A program made the position numbers and the translations under genes. The notes under the pieces were generated by a model, which did not search any database, was not told where the DNA came from, and saw nothing but the letters and a program-made list of their open reading frames with translations. A stretch of DNA of 59,102 bases, filler included, from Sphacelaria rigidula (lineage: Eukaryota), in assembly GCA_964200075.2 (NCBI GenBank). It is 10 parts of 10 records of this genome, joined end to end, with 100 filler letters (N's around TTAATTAATTAA, not from the genome) between each part and the next. Parts side by side here need not be neighbours in the genome. Positions count along the whole stretch, not along the records: positions 11,843 to 17,663 come from CAXNAA020024210.1; positions 17,764 to 23,584 come from CAXNAA020024211.1; positions 23,685 to 29,505 come from CAXNAA020024212.1; 7 more parts are not named here. One strand, given 5' to 3'. Shown one piece after another: positions 12,681 to 25,560 of this stretch (the first letter of the stretch is position 1; each line of letters starts with the position of its first letter).

Positions 12681-13977
12681 GTAGATTGCGTGCTGCCAAG
12701 ATATCTTGCTGCATGACCATGCATCTATACTGTCTACATTGAGCCTGAAGTGAATGATTACTTTTGTGACATGTTTCCCTCGATGGCCACACTCGAAGAC
12801 AGGCGCGTCGGCGCTTGCTCCAGGCGAGCCACCCTCGCTTGGATATTGTCACCTTACGATCAGGACCATCTTCCGTGCGTGAAACCCTGAATATGGTTTA
12901 TTATCTTCCATTTGCATCATATGATCATATTCAAATATAACTAGTACTCTGTACAGTATAATAACTACGACGAAACGGTAAATGCGCCTCGCTGTTGTAG
13001 CGGTACTGTACTGCGCATTAGTAGGAAGCCGACCGTGCGGGCAAATGCTTCAAATTGCGTCAGTGCATCGCTGTCTAGGATGCGGCTGCCAACACACGGG
13101 TGCTGCATCGGGATAAAATTATTTTTGCATTTCGTTGCACATTCCTAATTCGCCAACCGTCACCAGGTTGGTATCTCATGTATCATATCATGTACGGCCT
13201 GAGTAGTGTTTTCAAACTGCGGTGGCTTTACAGTCGCGGGAAAAAACCTGGTGCGTGGGCATCGCATTTTGTTCGTGTGCAAGACATGCCAAGTAGAACA
13301 ACATGGGCGGAGCCGCACTAGCGAATGCAGGGATCCTGCCACGGTGCGGTGCGCTGTACTATCAAAATAGTCGTCATAATAGTTCATCTTTATTTTGGTT
13401 TGGAACCAACTCAGTGGACTCCCCACAGTGGTACGGGTGTACCTGCACAATGATCGGCCTGCAGCCGACATCAATCGATAACAAGGTCCAAAATGACGGT
13501 CAAGCATCAGGTTCATAATCATATGGTTGAACAATTATGCCGACGTGTGTTGTCCACACCTCATCATTCGTATCAACCATTTTCCCGACCATCTGGTAAT
13601 GTGCAACACATCCTACAGGGTGCTATATGTCAACGTGTGTTTTTTTCCCGGCACTTCTGAGGGCCAAGAGGGGGCGACCTCATTTATTTGTTGCGGAGGG
13701 GACGGGGGGGGTAAGGGGAGTGTCCTGAGTTCTATATATATATATATATATATATATGGAGATAGTGTAATGACGAATGATCTGGTTTTAGGGCGGGAGT
13801 ATCAAGTTTCTCGAACTCGGATTAGCTCAGGGAAGTTACGCTGAACTGGTGATATAGGGTGATCAAATCGCTTGATGATTTTGATCTTGAGTCAAGTCAC
13901 TCGGTGTGACACTTGATGCTTCGGTGATGAAGCCATGTGCTTACTCCCTTGAACCTGGGATCTTCTCCAACATCACT

Positions 13978-14262
13978 GTGTGTGTGTTGTCGTCCCATCT
14001 ATTCTGGACACCGTTTCACACCTTTCGGTATATAAGGGCTCACCGGCCGGGGTCACACAGGAGGAAGATCAATACAGGAGCTTTTTCTTTTTTATTTGTT
14101 TTTAGTACCCCACCTTCCTTCTGCGGTGCTTGCCTTTTCGTTTATTCGCGAGAGGCGGGGTTCAACAGTCCCCTTCCCTCATCGACCCTCAAGTCGAATT
14201 TTGTGTACCCACAACATAGTCGCTCTCCACTGTTGGGCATGTTGTGGGAGAAAATCCCAGAT
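13978..14262 (-). mobile_element. Headless copy of the tRNA-derived SINE
   Basis: Matches 2454-2508 plus 3393-3600 (cacctttcggta..ggggtcacacaggaggaag..aagtcgaattttgtgtacccac). Confidence 0.75.
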
Positions 14263-14637
14263 CACTCCTTTACTACGTAGGTCTATTAGAGGTATCTCAA
14301 ACTTGACTCCCGGTACCCTGGTTTGTTTTGTTTTATTTTTTCAAGTGAAAGTGATCGTGATTCATCAGATGATGAGACCCTTTGACCGCCAGCCAGGTCA
14401 GGTCCTTCTATGGATCGCGATCACTTTCACTTGAAAAAATACTACACAAGTCAGAGCCAGCGAATAACCCAGGATACCGGGAGCCGAGTTCGAGACACCT
14501 CTATACGACCCCTGAAAAAAACCCTCAAAGGACGAGCAAGGCGCCTAAACTTGTCGCGTTGCTATAGACGCAACATTGATATACTCGTAGTAGTGCACGC
14601 ACTCAGGCGCTCCTCGTCACTTTTCAACTTAGCAACC

Positions 14638-14862
14638 ATGGCGCAGCTCTCTGACGCGAGCAAGGGCAATAAGGACGGAGAGATAATTAGGGACTATGTG
14701 CCAATTGACGGGGTCGAGTGGCGTTACGGATCGCCTCCCGATTACACCGTGGTGAACAAGGCCTACTTCGAGGGTCGCACCAAGATGCATCCGGAAGGTT
14801 CGCTTGAAGATATCGTGCAGCAGGCAGTCAAGAACTGGGAGGTGGAATCCCATCACATCAAG
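14638..14862 (+). CDS. First exon of a plant-type pathogen-related protein family gene
   Basis: ATG in gcaaccATGG context and GT donor at 14863. Peptide ...VEWRYGSPPDYTVVNKAYFEGRTKMHPEGSLEDIVQQAVKNWEVESHHIK matches the family signature WRxGxPPDY...EGR...GSLE..V...VK.WE.E. Confidence 0.8.
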
Positions 14863-16333
14863 GTACAACGGTACATTCATTACACGTGCCAATCAAGGCC
14901 TGAACATACAGGATTTTTTTTCAAAAAAGTGTCGAGGATCTTCATGTTGGACAATCGCACGAGCCAATGAGATGGGAATGATTCGCCCAGTCGAACGGCA
15001 AAGAGGCAAATGGGCCGCCCGGTCGGTTGGGAAAGAAGCGCAGAAGGCCATCTGCACCGATGACATGGACACCTCCCTGGTGCATTGCACCGCCCGTACG
15101 GTCTATTCATGATTCATTTTAACATCGAAACTGTGACAATGCAACCCAGATGACCCACCCTGATGGTACCCGTCTGTATAGGTCGAGACAGAGTAGATCC
15201 AAAACGCGCACAGTACAGGACAGCAGTACAGTGCTTCATATTACAGGACGGTATTGTCTTCTCTCCCACACCCACGTTGCTTTCGTTCCGTTTGTCGATG
15301 GGTATCACCCACCAAGGATCAGATTACACGAAATAACCCTCCGATAACGTCATCCCTTCCTGCCTCCAGTTGAAAAAAACGTACTTGAGCTGCGGTGGGC
15401 ATTCATTTTTGAAGTAAATAGTACCCCCATACAAACACAACTGACGATCATGAAGTGGCTACTGTCCGTGTAAATAGACAAAGCCGAAGTGCACCGTACA
15501 GCACAGTAGTACGATCGCAGGAGAGTACAATGTTATCTTCTCCGTGCCCCCTGCCGCATTCCTCCCGTCTGTGGGTATCGTCGAGCATCGGATTACTCCT
15601 TCGGAGACCGTCACTCTTCCCTCCCGCTCTCGTAAAAGTGACGCTTGATCGCCAGGGTGGTGTCTTGGGTTCCTTGTGTGGCTGCGAACACAAGCGGCGG
15701 AGCTCTCCTCAACAGGAAATGTCCGAGTGTATCATATTTGCACACATGTGCACGCATCGAACTAAAGTTACTCCGCGACCGGTTGAGACGTGCCCCTCGA
15801 CATTTCCCGCGGAGCCCCTTTGGGCGCGACCTATTTGGAGGTGGGGTACGAGTATGCACATAAGAGCGTACAGGTCGCGAACGCCTCCAGGACCAAATCC
15901 AAGACAAACCCAATTTCAAATCTAAATGCTGCACCACAGCAGTCCACAGCAGGGCAGTAAAGAAAGGATCTTACCGTAGGGCAGTGGACCACACACGCCT
16001 GCGGCGATGAGCTCTCTGCTCGATATTGATGAGCCAACAGTCGTCTTGTCTTCTTGGCCAGCCAAGCACCGCGCATGTACGATTAAAATGGATGCTCTGA
16101 CGACACGGACGGTATCCAGTACGCATCAGCTTCTTACCATCAAGAATACCGCCATCTCATAGGAGTACAACTGTTGTGCTGCTGTTCTACAAGACACCAT
16201 GCTGTCACTGTACTGTTGTGTCCGTGTACTGTGCAGGCTACCCAGGTGGCAGCAAGAGTAGTGGGAGAATCCCTGTATCGCATCACTTCTCAACTGTTAA
16301 GAGTACTACTGTCTCTGTACATGTACAGTAGTA

Positions 16334-16985
16334 CACACGTAGGACAGCTCATGAGCTAGCTCACCTGCGGGCGGTAGCTCACTTGTAGTCAAACATGTAC
16401 ATGTGAGCTACGTCCGATAGCTCAACACAAGGTAAACATGCGCTGATGAGCTACGAGTTGGTAGCTCACCCAGGACAAACACGTGTAGGTCATGCAGCTC
16501 TCACAGCTCACCCAGGGCTAATTTGAGCTGATGAGCTACGGGTTTGTAGCTCACCCAGAGCAAAGAAGGGCAGCTCATGCAGCTCTCATAGCTCACCCAG
16601 GGCTAATATGAGCTGATGAGCTACGGGTTGGTAGCTCACCCAGAGCAAAGATGCGTAGCTCATGCAGCTTTCATAGCTCACCCAGGACGAATCTGAGGTG
16701 ATGAGCTACGGGTTGGTAGCTCACCCATCGAAAACGTGCGTAGCTCATACAGCTCCCATAGCTCACTCAGGGCGAATATGAGCTGATGAGCTACGGGTTG
16801 ACAGCTCACCCAGCGAAAAGATGTGCAGCTCGTGTAGCTCTCACAGCTCACCCAGGGAAAACATATGCGGATGAGCTATGCTCGATAGCTCACCCAAGGC
16901 AAACATGTGTAGCTCACGCAGCTCTTGTAGCTCACCCGAGGAAAACATGAGCGGATGAGCTACGCCCGGTAGCTCACCCTAGGGG
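16334..16985. repeat. AGCTCA-rich 85-bp tandem array (about 7 units), preceded by a CACACGTAGGA putative TE terminus
   Basis: GATGAGCTA at 16445, 16530, 16615, 16700, 16785, 16870 and 16954. Each unit carries a TGAGCTAC-n6-GTAGCTCA-type hairpin. Confidence 0.9.
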
Positions 16986-17763
16986 CACATGGTCGTGGCT
17001 CACTCACGTCATATGCCTAGGTCGTCGCTGGCCAACCCCGTGTCGCTTATGATGCAGCATTCTTGTCCGCACGGATGGTGCCACATATCATTAGCTTGTG
17101 ATGTTGTGCCTCACTCTTCGCGATAGGAAAAAAAGAAGCCAACACATATCCTCGTACGCTTGGTCGGATGGTTGATAAAAGTATTAATCTTCAGTGTCTA
17201 CAATAATCGACCGATTCATTTCTTTTGGTCGGTTGGCCGCAAGGGTACGAGTCCATCTGGTTATGCATACGTTTTTTCAAGTATTGGAGCCGATTCATCA
17301 GAAGCATGACTTAAGTTCGCCATCAAGGAGTCAGCCCTTTTACCGCGAGGGTTGGCGATCTGATAAATCAGCATGATTCACTTGATTTCTCTACTGTGAA
17401 TGATGCCGATTTAGAGACCTCCTACCCTTGCGGTCAAAGGGATAAGCAATCAACAGCCGATCCTAACTTTTGGGGTTGAAACAAAAAATGAGGTTGAAGT
17501 CCCATTTCTCTATTGCAGGGAAGACACGAAAGAGTAACACAGAGCGAAAATATCTCTCCCCCCCCCAAACTCCGCAGGAGGGCTTAACCGTCAGACCGCG
17601 AGAGTAGGTCACCTGCTGAATCGGCATCAATATTCACTTGGAAAAAGTACACGTAGTTCAAATNNNNNNNNNNNNNNNNNNNNNNNNNNNNNNNNNNNNN
17701 NNNNNNNTTAATTAATTAANNNNNNNNNNNNNNNNNNNNNNNNNNNNNNNNNNNNNNNNNNNN

Positions 17764-19187
17764 TCTCTGCCTCTCGTTTTGGACAGGACGCGTCTCTGTG
17801 CGCTGAAAAACATGTCGTTGAAAAATAGGGCAATATTCCTGTCACCGCTACTACTGTTCCCTGCCACACACATGCCAGCAAGGGCGGTGGTGCGGCGAAA
17901 ACAACAGATGTATCCAGTTTGAATTTGGGGGGTGTTATTCATCGTTGATTTTACCCGACATGTATGTGAGCGACTCTCTGGGTGCCCAACGACAACAGCG
18001 TGCGAGACGCCAGTTGGAGCGGTGGTGGATGAGAGATCAAACACTTGTGGAGACCTTCTTGACATGCGGAGTGAAAAAAGATAGCTATGGTAGTGATCTA
18101 ACCGTTGCGAGCGTGGTGCAGAGGGGTGCGTCCATGTTGCAATCTGGAGCACGCGCGCTGGCTGCGTGAATATACAGTAGCAAGAAATAATTCCGATGTG
18201 ACGAGGTCACGCGTTACGACCTGGGGCGACATATGAACCCACAAAGAACAAAGGTGATTTATGATCAACCACGTGTCGTTGCATTTGACACCCACGCCAT
18301 CAACCGCTAACCTCAAAGATCTTGTGGCTTTCAAGCAACGCTGGCGGCAGTACGGCAGGCAAATCCGAAAATAGCTAGCTCTCGTCGCTCTACTGGACTG
18401 ACTGTCGTCTGCATAGAGGTCGCCCGGCGTAGCAACATGTTTCAAATTTTGCAATACCTGTACAAACAAAACAGTTCGATTTTTTCAACCACATGAACAT
18501 GGTTAAAATGACTCTAGTGGTCTGAGGGAAAGTGGCCGCTTTGCGTCCGTCCACACGTTCGAAGATACTGTGAAACAGCAACACCAAACTTTCCTGACAT
18601 GCGAATTCCGCAATCAGTACAAAATGGAACATATGTTGACGGTTTAACTTTCTTATTAGAAAGCAAAGGGCATCAGACGAATTGCAGCTTGGAAAACGCG
18701 GAATTTCATAGTGGAGAACCTATATGTTTACCCGGGAGTGTTACATGCGAATGCAAAATCTCTGCCGACGTCCATGTTTACCTGGCGGGAGGACAGGGAA
18801 GCCGCAGTTGGGAGAGGGGCGTGTAACAGAGAACAGTAGTAGCGGTGACAGGAACATTGCCCTATTTTTCAACGACATGTTTTTCAGCGCACAGAGACGC
18901 GTCCTGTCCAAAACGAGAGGCAGAGAGAAATCGAAGTTTCGCATTCGTGAGCTCGACAGGTAATTGTAAGACGAGAGAAAATCTCTCCGCCGCTCGATGT
19001 TTCGGCACATGGAATATTGGGCACATGCTGGTATCATCGATGATGACAGTTCCTCGAGCAATTGGTAATCGCCGAGCGGGGACACACAAAGGACGCGGGC
19101 GAGGAGCTTCCTCTCTATCGTTGTTTCTCTCTCTGGTGATATCGTCATCGATACGCGTGTACGCCGCATTCGTTGGGTGCACCTAGC
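17764..19187. mobile_element. Long-TIR element; the left arm is cut by the contig end and about 970 bp of internal sequence lies between the arms
   Basis: 17764-17859 is the near-identical reverse complement of about 18831-18927. The right arm runs to ggtgcacctag at 19187, the same end as the contig 1 copy. Confidence 0.75.
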
Positions 19188-19835
19188 CACAGCTGCTTAA
19201 CTGCTGCGGACATTTGGGGGGGAGGATGGCTTCGCTCGGTCGTAAGTGTTTCGCGTGATCCCTGCAAAAAAGAAATACCACTTCAACCTCATTTTCGAAA
19301 TGGACCTCATTTTTCAGGATCCGCTGTTCTTCGCGTTGGACGAGGTTTCAATGCCATCTAAGCATTTTGGCTCCTCTACGTGAGGGCTCACATTCTTTGC
19401 AATTATCCACGAATTTGAAGGGAAAACGAGCGAAGGAACGCAATTTACCTTGTCTCCGGCGGCACTCCCGCGGGGCCTCGCCACCAGTCGGGTGGGGGGG
19501 GTAGGGTAGGGTTGGACATCGCAGACACTTTCAACTGACCAGAGCCGTCAGTTAAATAGCCCTACAATCAGCAGAACCAGGAATAGAAGTTGGCCCAATC
19601 TGCTCGCCTTCTCCATAAAAAGAACTTTCTGAGCTCTGAGTTGCTGTTTTTTTCATGTTTGTCAGATGGCCTATTGAAAGTAGTTTCAACAAATTTATTA
19701 AACAGAATTGTACACTAAACTTTTGACCTGAATCTCGAGATATGCCTCATAGCGTCACCTGAAACATATGAACACCATATTATATACAAGCTTCCCCTTT
19801 GTGAGCACGCCTAGCACTAGCACCAATATCGATAT

Positions 19836-20086
19836 TGTGACGCTAGCAGGTTGCTAGTACTGCAGCGTCTAATGCTGTTGAGGGACGACTCCCCAGTTCC
19901 ACTGGCCTCAAGGTCTTAGTTGTCAGCCTTCACAACACCTTATCATTACTGGAGTGAACACCTGCAACCCCGTACCATCCGGCCTGGGCTACACAGCAAG
20001 GGTCATCATTCACAGGATGCCCTTGTCCCCTGGTCATCATCCAGGATCCATTATATACTCAACCGTGACGGCGTGATTTCGTCACA
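19836..20086 (-). repeat. 3' LTR of the Ty3/Gypsy element
   Basis: TGTGACG...CGTCACA 7-bp inverted ends, located about 80 bp after the pol stop codon and preceded on the minus strand by a degenerate PPT-like TTTTGGGGTGC. Confidence 0.75.
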
Positions 20087-20165
20087 GCACCCCAAAAGCG
20101 CCTTGGACGAGAATCGAGCAACACGTTTGACACTCAGAAAACTAACGCCAAAACGATTGAGCAAG

Positions 20166-23100
20166 TCACAACTGAATACCAACCTCGCGCGTAATGCGAG
20201 AAGCAATGGAACGAGTCACTCGCACCTTACGTAACTCCTTCTTGAGGAATTCCGGAGCTGACCCAAAAATATTTTTCAAAGGCTCCCACGTACGCTCCTC
20301 GACTTCAAAGCCTAGCTTACCCAGTCGACCAATACGATCGACGAACGATCCTCTGCCTCTGCCACGCGAACAATCTCAGCCGTCTGAAATTGCCCCTGGT
20401 TAAAAGCGTGCTGAAACACATGCTTCATATCTGCCGTAACATTAAGCTGCAAATCTGCATAAAAACCCAGACGAAAGATCGCCTACTTGGAAATTCGGCA
20501 ATTCCAGCCCCGACGAAGACCCCTCACGTCTACGCGCACGTCCAGCCGCAACACGCTCCTGCACTTGAACGTGGAAACGCTTTTGCAAGTCCAAGACTCC
20601 TTGCAATGCACTATTAAGTTGAACATCGTCCCGAACATCACACTTCTATTCCCCCGCCGACGAGCACGCCAGCACCGAGAAAGACGTCCGAGGGGCACGG
20701 CCAAACATCACGTGATACGGCGTACTATCGTACTGACGGCGATATGCTGTATTTAGCACCCACTGCACAGCGGGCAACACGTCCACCCACTCGGTCACCT
20801 CTCGACGCTGCTCGAGAAGAATAGAGCGAAGAGCACGGACTACTTCCTTTACCATGCGTTCGCACGTACCGTTCGACCACGGAGAATACGCTACCGCAAA
20901 CCGGTGATCAGCGCGCAAAGCCTCTCGCAACCGAGCCAGGATCGCATTCTTCAAATGCGTGGCGGTATCACTCACTCACCAACACACGGTGCAACCCCAA
21001 CGTTTTGCACCAATTCAGCAGAGACGCAGCAGTCGATTCGGCAGTACACACGGCTACTGGTTCCAGAGCCACAAAATTGCTCAGATCATCCATGATGACC
21101 AAAATGTTTCTGCACCCATCATCCTCCGACAAACCTTGGGAAGCTAGTGGGCCACTCTCGCCCATGTGCAAGAAGTCAAAATAAACGACTTCATCCGACG
21201 TGGTCCCATGGACCGTTTCACCGAGCGGGCGGGGAACAACATCGCCCGCCCTCGAGTCAGCACAGTGAAGATACTGTCGGACGAATTCGCGCACACTAGT
21301 TTCTACCCCGTACCAGACACAAAACTCTTGCAAGCGCACGAGCGTCGCAGCCACACCACGATGCTCGGCATCGTGCATGTGCGCACACAACGTACGTGCA
21401 ACTGCGTGTCAGAACTCGGAATCCACAAAGCGTTTCGGCCACGCACATGCACACGAAGCAGACCTTCATTGTCCAAGATAGCAGTACCAACGTCCGACTC
21501 GAAAGATTGCACATCCGCGTCTTCGGCCCCAAGGTTTTTTCGTTGCGCTTGGCGGACAACAGATTTGGACGCGATCGAGTCATCAGGTTCGCACGGACCA
21601 TACACAGCCACGGCGCGCGCAGGCAAAGTGGGAATATTCACCCAGCGCGATACCAAGTCACCCCACGCGTTACGTTCACCCGAAATATGAAAAATCGTGT
21701 ACCGATACTGTCCTAATACTCGTTTCCACCCCTCCAATTGCTGTGCCAACGCCTTCGACACAGACGTCACGCATGGCTCCGAGTTGAAAATGTACGCTAG
21801 ACTTCGGTGATCCGTGAAAATGTGTATGCCATTCCACAATAGATGCTCGAGACGACGAAAAGTGCTCACGATAGCAAAACCTTCCTTGTCAATAGTTGCC
21901 CAACGCATCTGTGAACCCTTGAAATTACCACTCAGAAAAGCCAGCGGTTCATGCGTCATGTGTTCAACCGGCAACCGTTGTTACATTTTTGCATCAGGCA
22001 CCTGCGTTACAAAACTACCCCAATGACACTCGGATGCATCCGGAAACATCAGCACCTGGCAACGGGGCGGGGATGGAACAGCGTTACGGCGTGAGCCACC
22101 AGATCCCTCGCTGCGGCCCATGCCTGCAGCCTGTCCTCCGTCCACGAGGCGGGTGGAATAACACGGTTTTTTGCCACCTGCTTCGTGCGCCTTGCAGCCC
22201 CCACCATGAGTTCCTTTAGGAAACCGCGTAAGGGCGCCACCACTTCGGCCAAGCGTGGCAACGAGGTACGCAACCAGTTTATTGCGTGCAGGAATTGCAT
22301 TAATGCTGCGGCTGTTTCTGGACGCCGCATGTCAGATAAACCTTGCAAGCGGACCGGGTCATGCGAGACGCGGCCGTGTGAGTATCCTTTCCCACACCAC
22401 ACTAGTTCACTAGCAAAAAAGGTACACTTGTGGGCAGCTGCAAACAGACCAACACTCTCCATGCGAGCCAAGATTGCATCAAGCGTATCCAACAGTTCGT
22501 CTCCCGTATCCGTTAAGAAAAAGACATCATCCACCCAAATCTTGCTTTTCAAGCCATCTAAAACGTCTACCATGACACCTTGAAAATAGGAAGTAGCATT
22601 CAACACGCCTTACGGTACTCTTTGCGGGGTAAACATGCCAAACGGGGTCGTGATTGTGAATATCTCTTGCGCCTCTTCGGCCAACGGTACCTGCCAGTAT
22701 CCTTGTAGGAGGTCCAACTTACCGAAACATCGCGCACTCAACAGGTCTATCATGTCAGATTCCTGATTGGGAATGACACCCGATGACTTCTCCACCTGAT
22801 CGTTGACGGCTCCGTAATCGCTGACAGGACGGAAAGAGTCCTTCTTCAGCACCGCCATCGCTGGACTAGACCACACCGCCTGAAAATTCCTGAATACCAA
22901 CCCAAACGCCACAAGAGCTCCCATGCAAGAAGCTAGCCAACTGGACTTTACCGGACCATACCTCCTCGGTTTTGCCTTTACCGCAGTCGCCCCTGGCCTC
23001 AACGTAACCCTCATGGGTTCCACGCGCGCAGGGGGATCACCCCTCAGCGCACAACGACACGCTTTAACGTGGCGATACAAGATGCCACGCAAGCGCTCCG

Positions 23101-23584
23101 CTTTTGAGACGTCAAGGCCATTTTCCACAGCATCCTTCACGCTCTCCTCAAACGCAGCCTTTCGCGCGGACTCTTCTTCCGCCGGCTGCATAAACATATC
23201 AGGGCCACGATCTACCAAGCGTTCCACCACCTCATCACGCTCCTCGGACACCTACCCCCCCGCCTCCTGGAGAGGATCAACCGACAAGCTCACTCTGCGA
23301 CTGGGCAAAAAAGCAGGCGTCTCGACACTCGAACTGGGCGACGGCATTTGCGTTTTTAGGGACTCCATCCAACAACCGATCATACGGATCGACTCCGAGT
23401 CCTCGAAGCGTCAGTCGGCCCAACAGAACGGTACCATCCGTCCCCGCCATGATCTCAAACGATATTGGGGGTAGTTTTGCTGGCCCCCAAGTAGTCAGGA
23501 ACGCCAACTGTAGGGGAATCGTACGCTCCGTCACATTTATACGTTGCCCCGATGCGGTGATAGCCTGCCGCGCCCCGAGCGAGA
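20166..23584 (-). mobile_element. Decayed Ty3/Gypsy pol: protease end, RT, RNase H, integrase, chromodomain
   Basis: Protease end VLLGRLTL; RT FGKLDLLQGYWQ and IWVDD; RNase H PDASECHWG, KEGFAIV and IFTDHRSL; integrase HMHDAEHRG, YFDF, VSD and SNGTCER; chromodomain VLVDWV/GFEVEERTWEPLKNI. Several stops and frameshifts; gag lies beyond the contig end. Confidence 0.95.
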
Positions 23585-24239
23585 NNNNNNNNNNNNNNNN
23601 NNNNNNNNNNNNNNNNNNNNNNNNNNNNTTAATTAATTAANNNNNNNNNNNNNNNNNNNNNNNNNNNNNNNNNNNNNNNNNNNNTGCGGCTCTGCTGCCA
23701 CGCGCGTTAGCCGTGGCTTACCACTAGTATATATATTATTATTATTATTTTTTGGTCCGTCATCAAGGTTATATATTATGCAGTGGATTGTTATTCATTA
23801 TTTTTCCTCGTTCAGCGGCGGTGCCGTGTGTTACCAGGTTGGTCTGCAGTTCACAGCGATATGCTCAAGTCACTCTGATTCGGAGAACTTAAGGAGTTGT
23901 CGTGTGGAAAGTGAATACGGGATTCGCTGCTGGCCCAGCTCGTAGTTGAAATAGAAAATATTGCAAGGGTCGGACAAGTAATGATTCGTCTGGAAATCAC
24001 TTGATTTTAGTATGATGAGTCGACTCGTGACGAATCAATCCCTGGACTTTATTTCGGCGTTCCAACCCAGGTACACGTAGCCCAGACGCGTGGAATGGCG
24101 CAAAAGTTACGTGGATACCCCTTGGACCAGCGCATCATTTGTTTTCTCCCTTTCGGGCAGTCAGGCCAAAGAAGTCGTGAATTTGGTGATTTTGAGTCGT
24201 GATGATTCGTCCTAACCGTGAAATATTGTACTTCTCACT

Positions 24240-24560
24240 GCGTAAATTATTGGCATATTGCATCTCTTGTCCTCCCTGGGCAATGTGTAGTCAATAGTTG
24301 TCATGGAAAAATGTACCAAGTAAAGTACTGGCCTATTGCAACTATTTGTCCCCCCTAGACAATACGTGGTCACTAGTTACACAAGACAAGAATTGTACTG
24401 CGTCAAGCACGGGCCTGTTGCAAATATTTGTCCTCCCTGGATCATGTGGTCAATAGTTGCAATAGACAAAAATTGTATAACGTAAAGTATGGTCATAATG
24501 TGGTAAATAGTTGTGACAAAAAATTGTACTGCGTACAGTGCAGGCCTTTTGCAATCATTC
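24240..24560 (+). repeat. Diverged tandem repeat of about 80 bp (about 4 units)
   Basis: Recurring ttgtcc(t/c)ccct, gtcaatagttg and aaattgtac..gtaaagta motifs. Confidence 0.7.
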
Positions 24561-25414
24561 ACGGTTGGGACAAATCAAATCGTGAGTCAACTCATGTTCA
24601 TTATTTCAACGAATAAATCATACGATTCGTGTATCATTTATAATTTATACAGGTTTCGGGCTCTTGAGTTGTGCAGTACACCGTCAATGGTACCTGTTGC
24701 CTACCTTCAGGTTATGGGGGGTAGGTCATGGGTACATATTAATCTCCTGTAAAAAAATGCGGAATGAATCGATTGAGATGACTGCACTGCATATGTTATC
24801 CACCGTCGGGTGCATGCGGGACCAACAGTTGAATACAGGTTGAATCCCGTCATTTCATGAGGAGTCAACTCGTATAAATCGTGATTTGTCCTCACCGTGC
24901 AATCATTGTCGGGCCGACAATAATTGAACTACTTTACGCAATATTTTTTTCTATTGCAACTTTTGTATATACCATATTTTCTCCAGGGTGTGCATGATTT
25001 CGTAGCGCTAAAGGGAACCCCGGGGTTGGAACCCGGGACCTTCTGTTCATGACGGACAGAGTCATCTCTCATGCTGTCGCCGAATATCAAAGGGTAATGA
25101 ACCCTCGACGGAGCACATCTGGCTTAATATACATTCCCCCCTTCTATGCGATAGTGCCCTCCCTACCCACATGTAAACCGAACTCAGTGAGATGTTCTTA
25201 TTCCGGCTCAAGTGCACACTGCACTTCCTACACATAAAAGAAGACTCTTGTCCACGGGCCATAATCTCCAAGATGCGATGAAAATGTATACACAAAACTA
25301 AACCTTCATACAAAATCACAACAAAATGTATGTCGGTCCTTTACTTGCTTTGTGGACCAAATGAGAGGGATATTCCGCCCACCCAGTGAAATCTACGGTA
25401 GGGATGCACTTCTT

Positions 25415-25560
25415 GTCCAGAAGTTTCCTGAGGCTACACACTTGATTATTTTTTATATTATCTTGTTTACTTTTCTCATTTCATTTGTCGCACCTCGAAA
25501 AAAAAACTTCCTCGGGACGAGTCCGTGGTCTCAACAGATCAACCCATCTCTCCCCGGTGC
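25415..25560 (+). repeat. Dispersed repeat of about 150 bp; copies at 28780-28920 (+), 50085-50225 (-), 10020-10130 (-) and 29215-29260 (-)
   Basis: Shared core ttcctcgggacgagtccgtggtctcaa...atcaacccatctctccccgg. Confidence 0.75.

Noticed and set aside
16334..16985. CRISPR-like array of hairpin repeats
   Set aside because: The intervening sequences are homologous to each other rather than unique spacers, no cas genes are present and the context is eukaryotic
20900..23474. Several plus-strand ORFs of 100-180 aa
   Set aside because: Antisense shadows of the Gypsy pol
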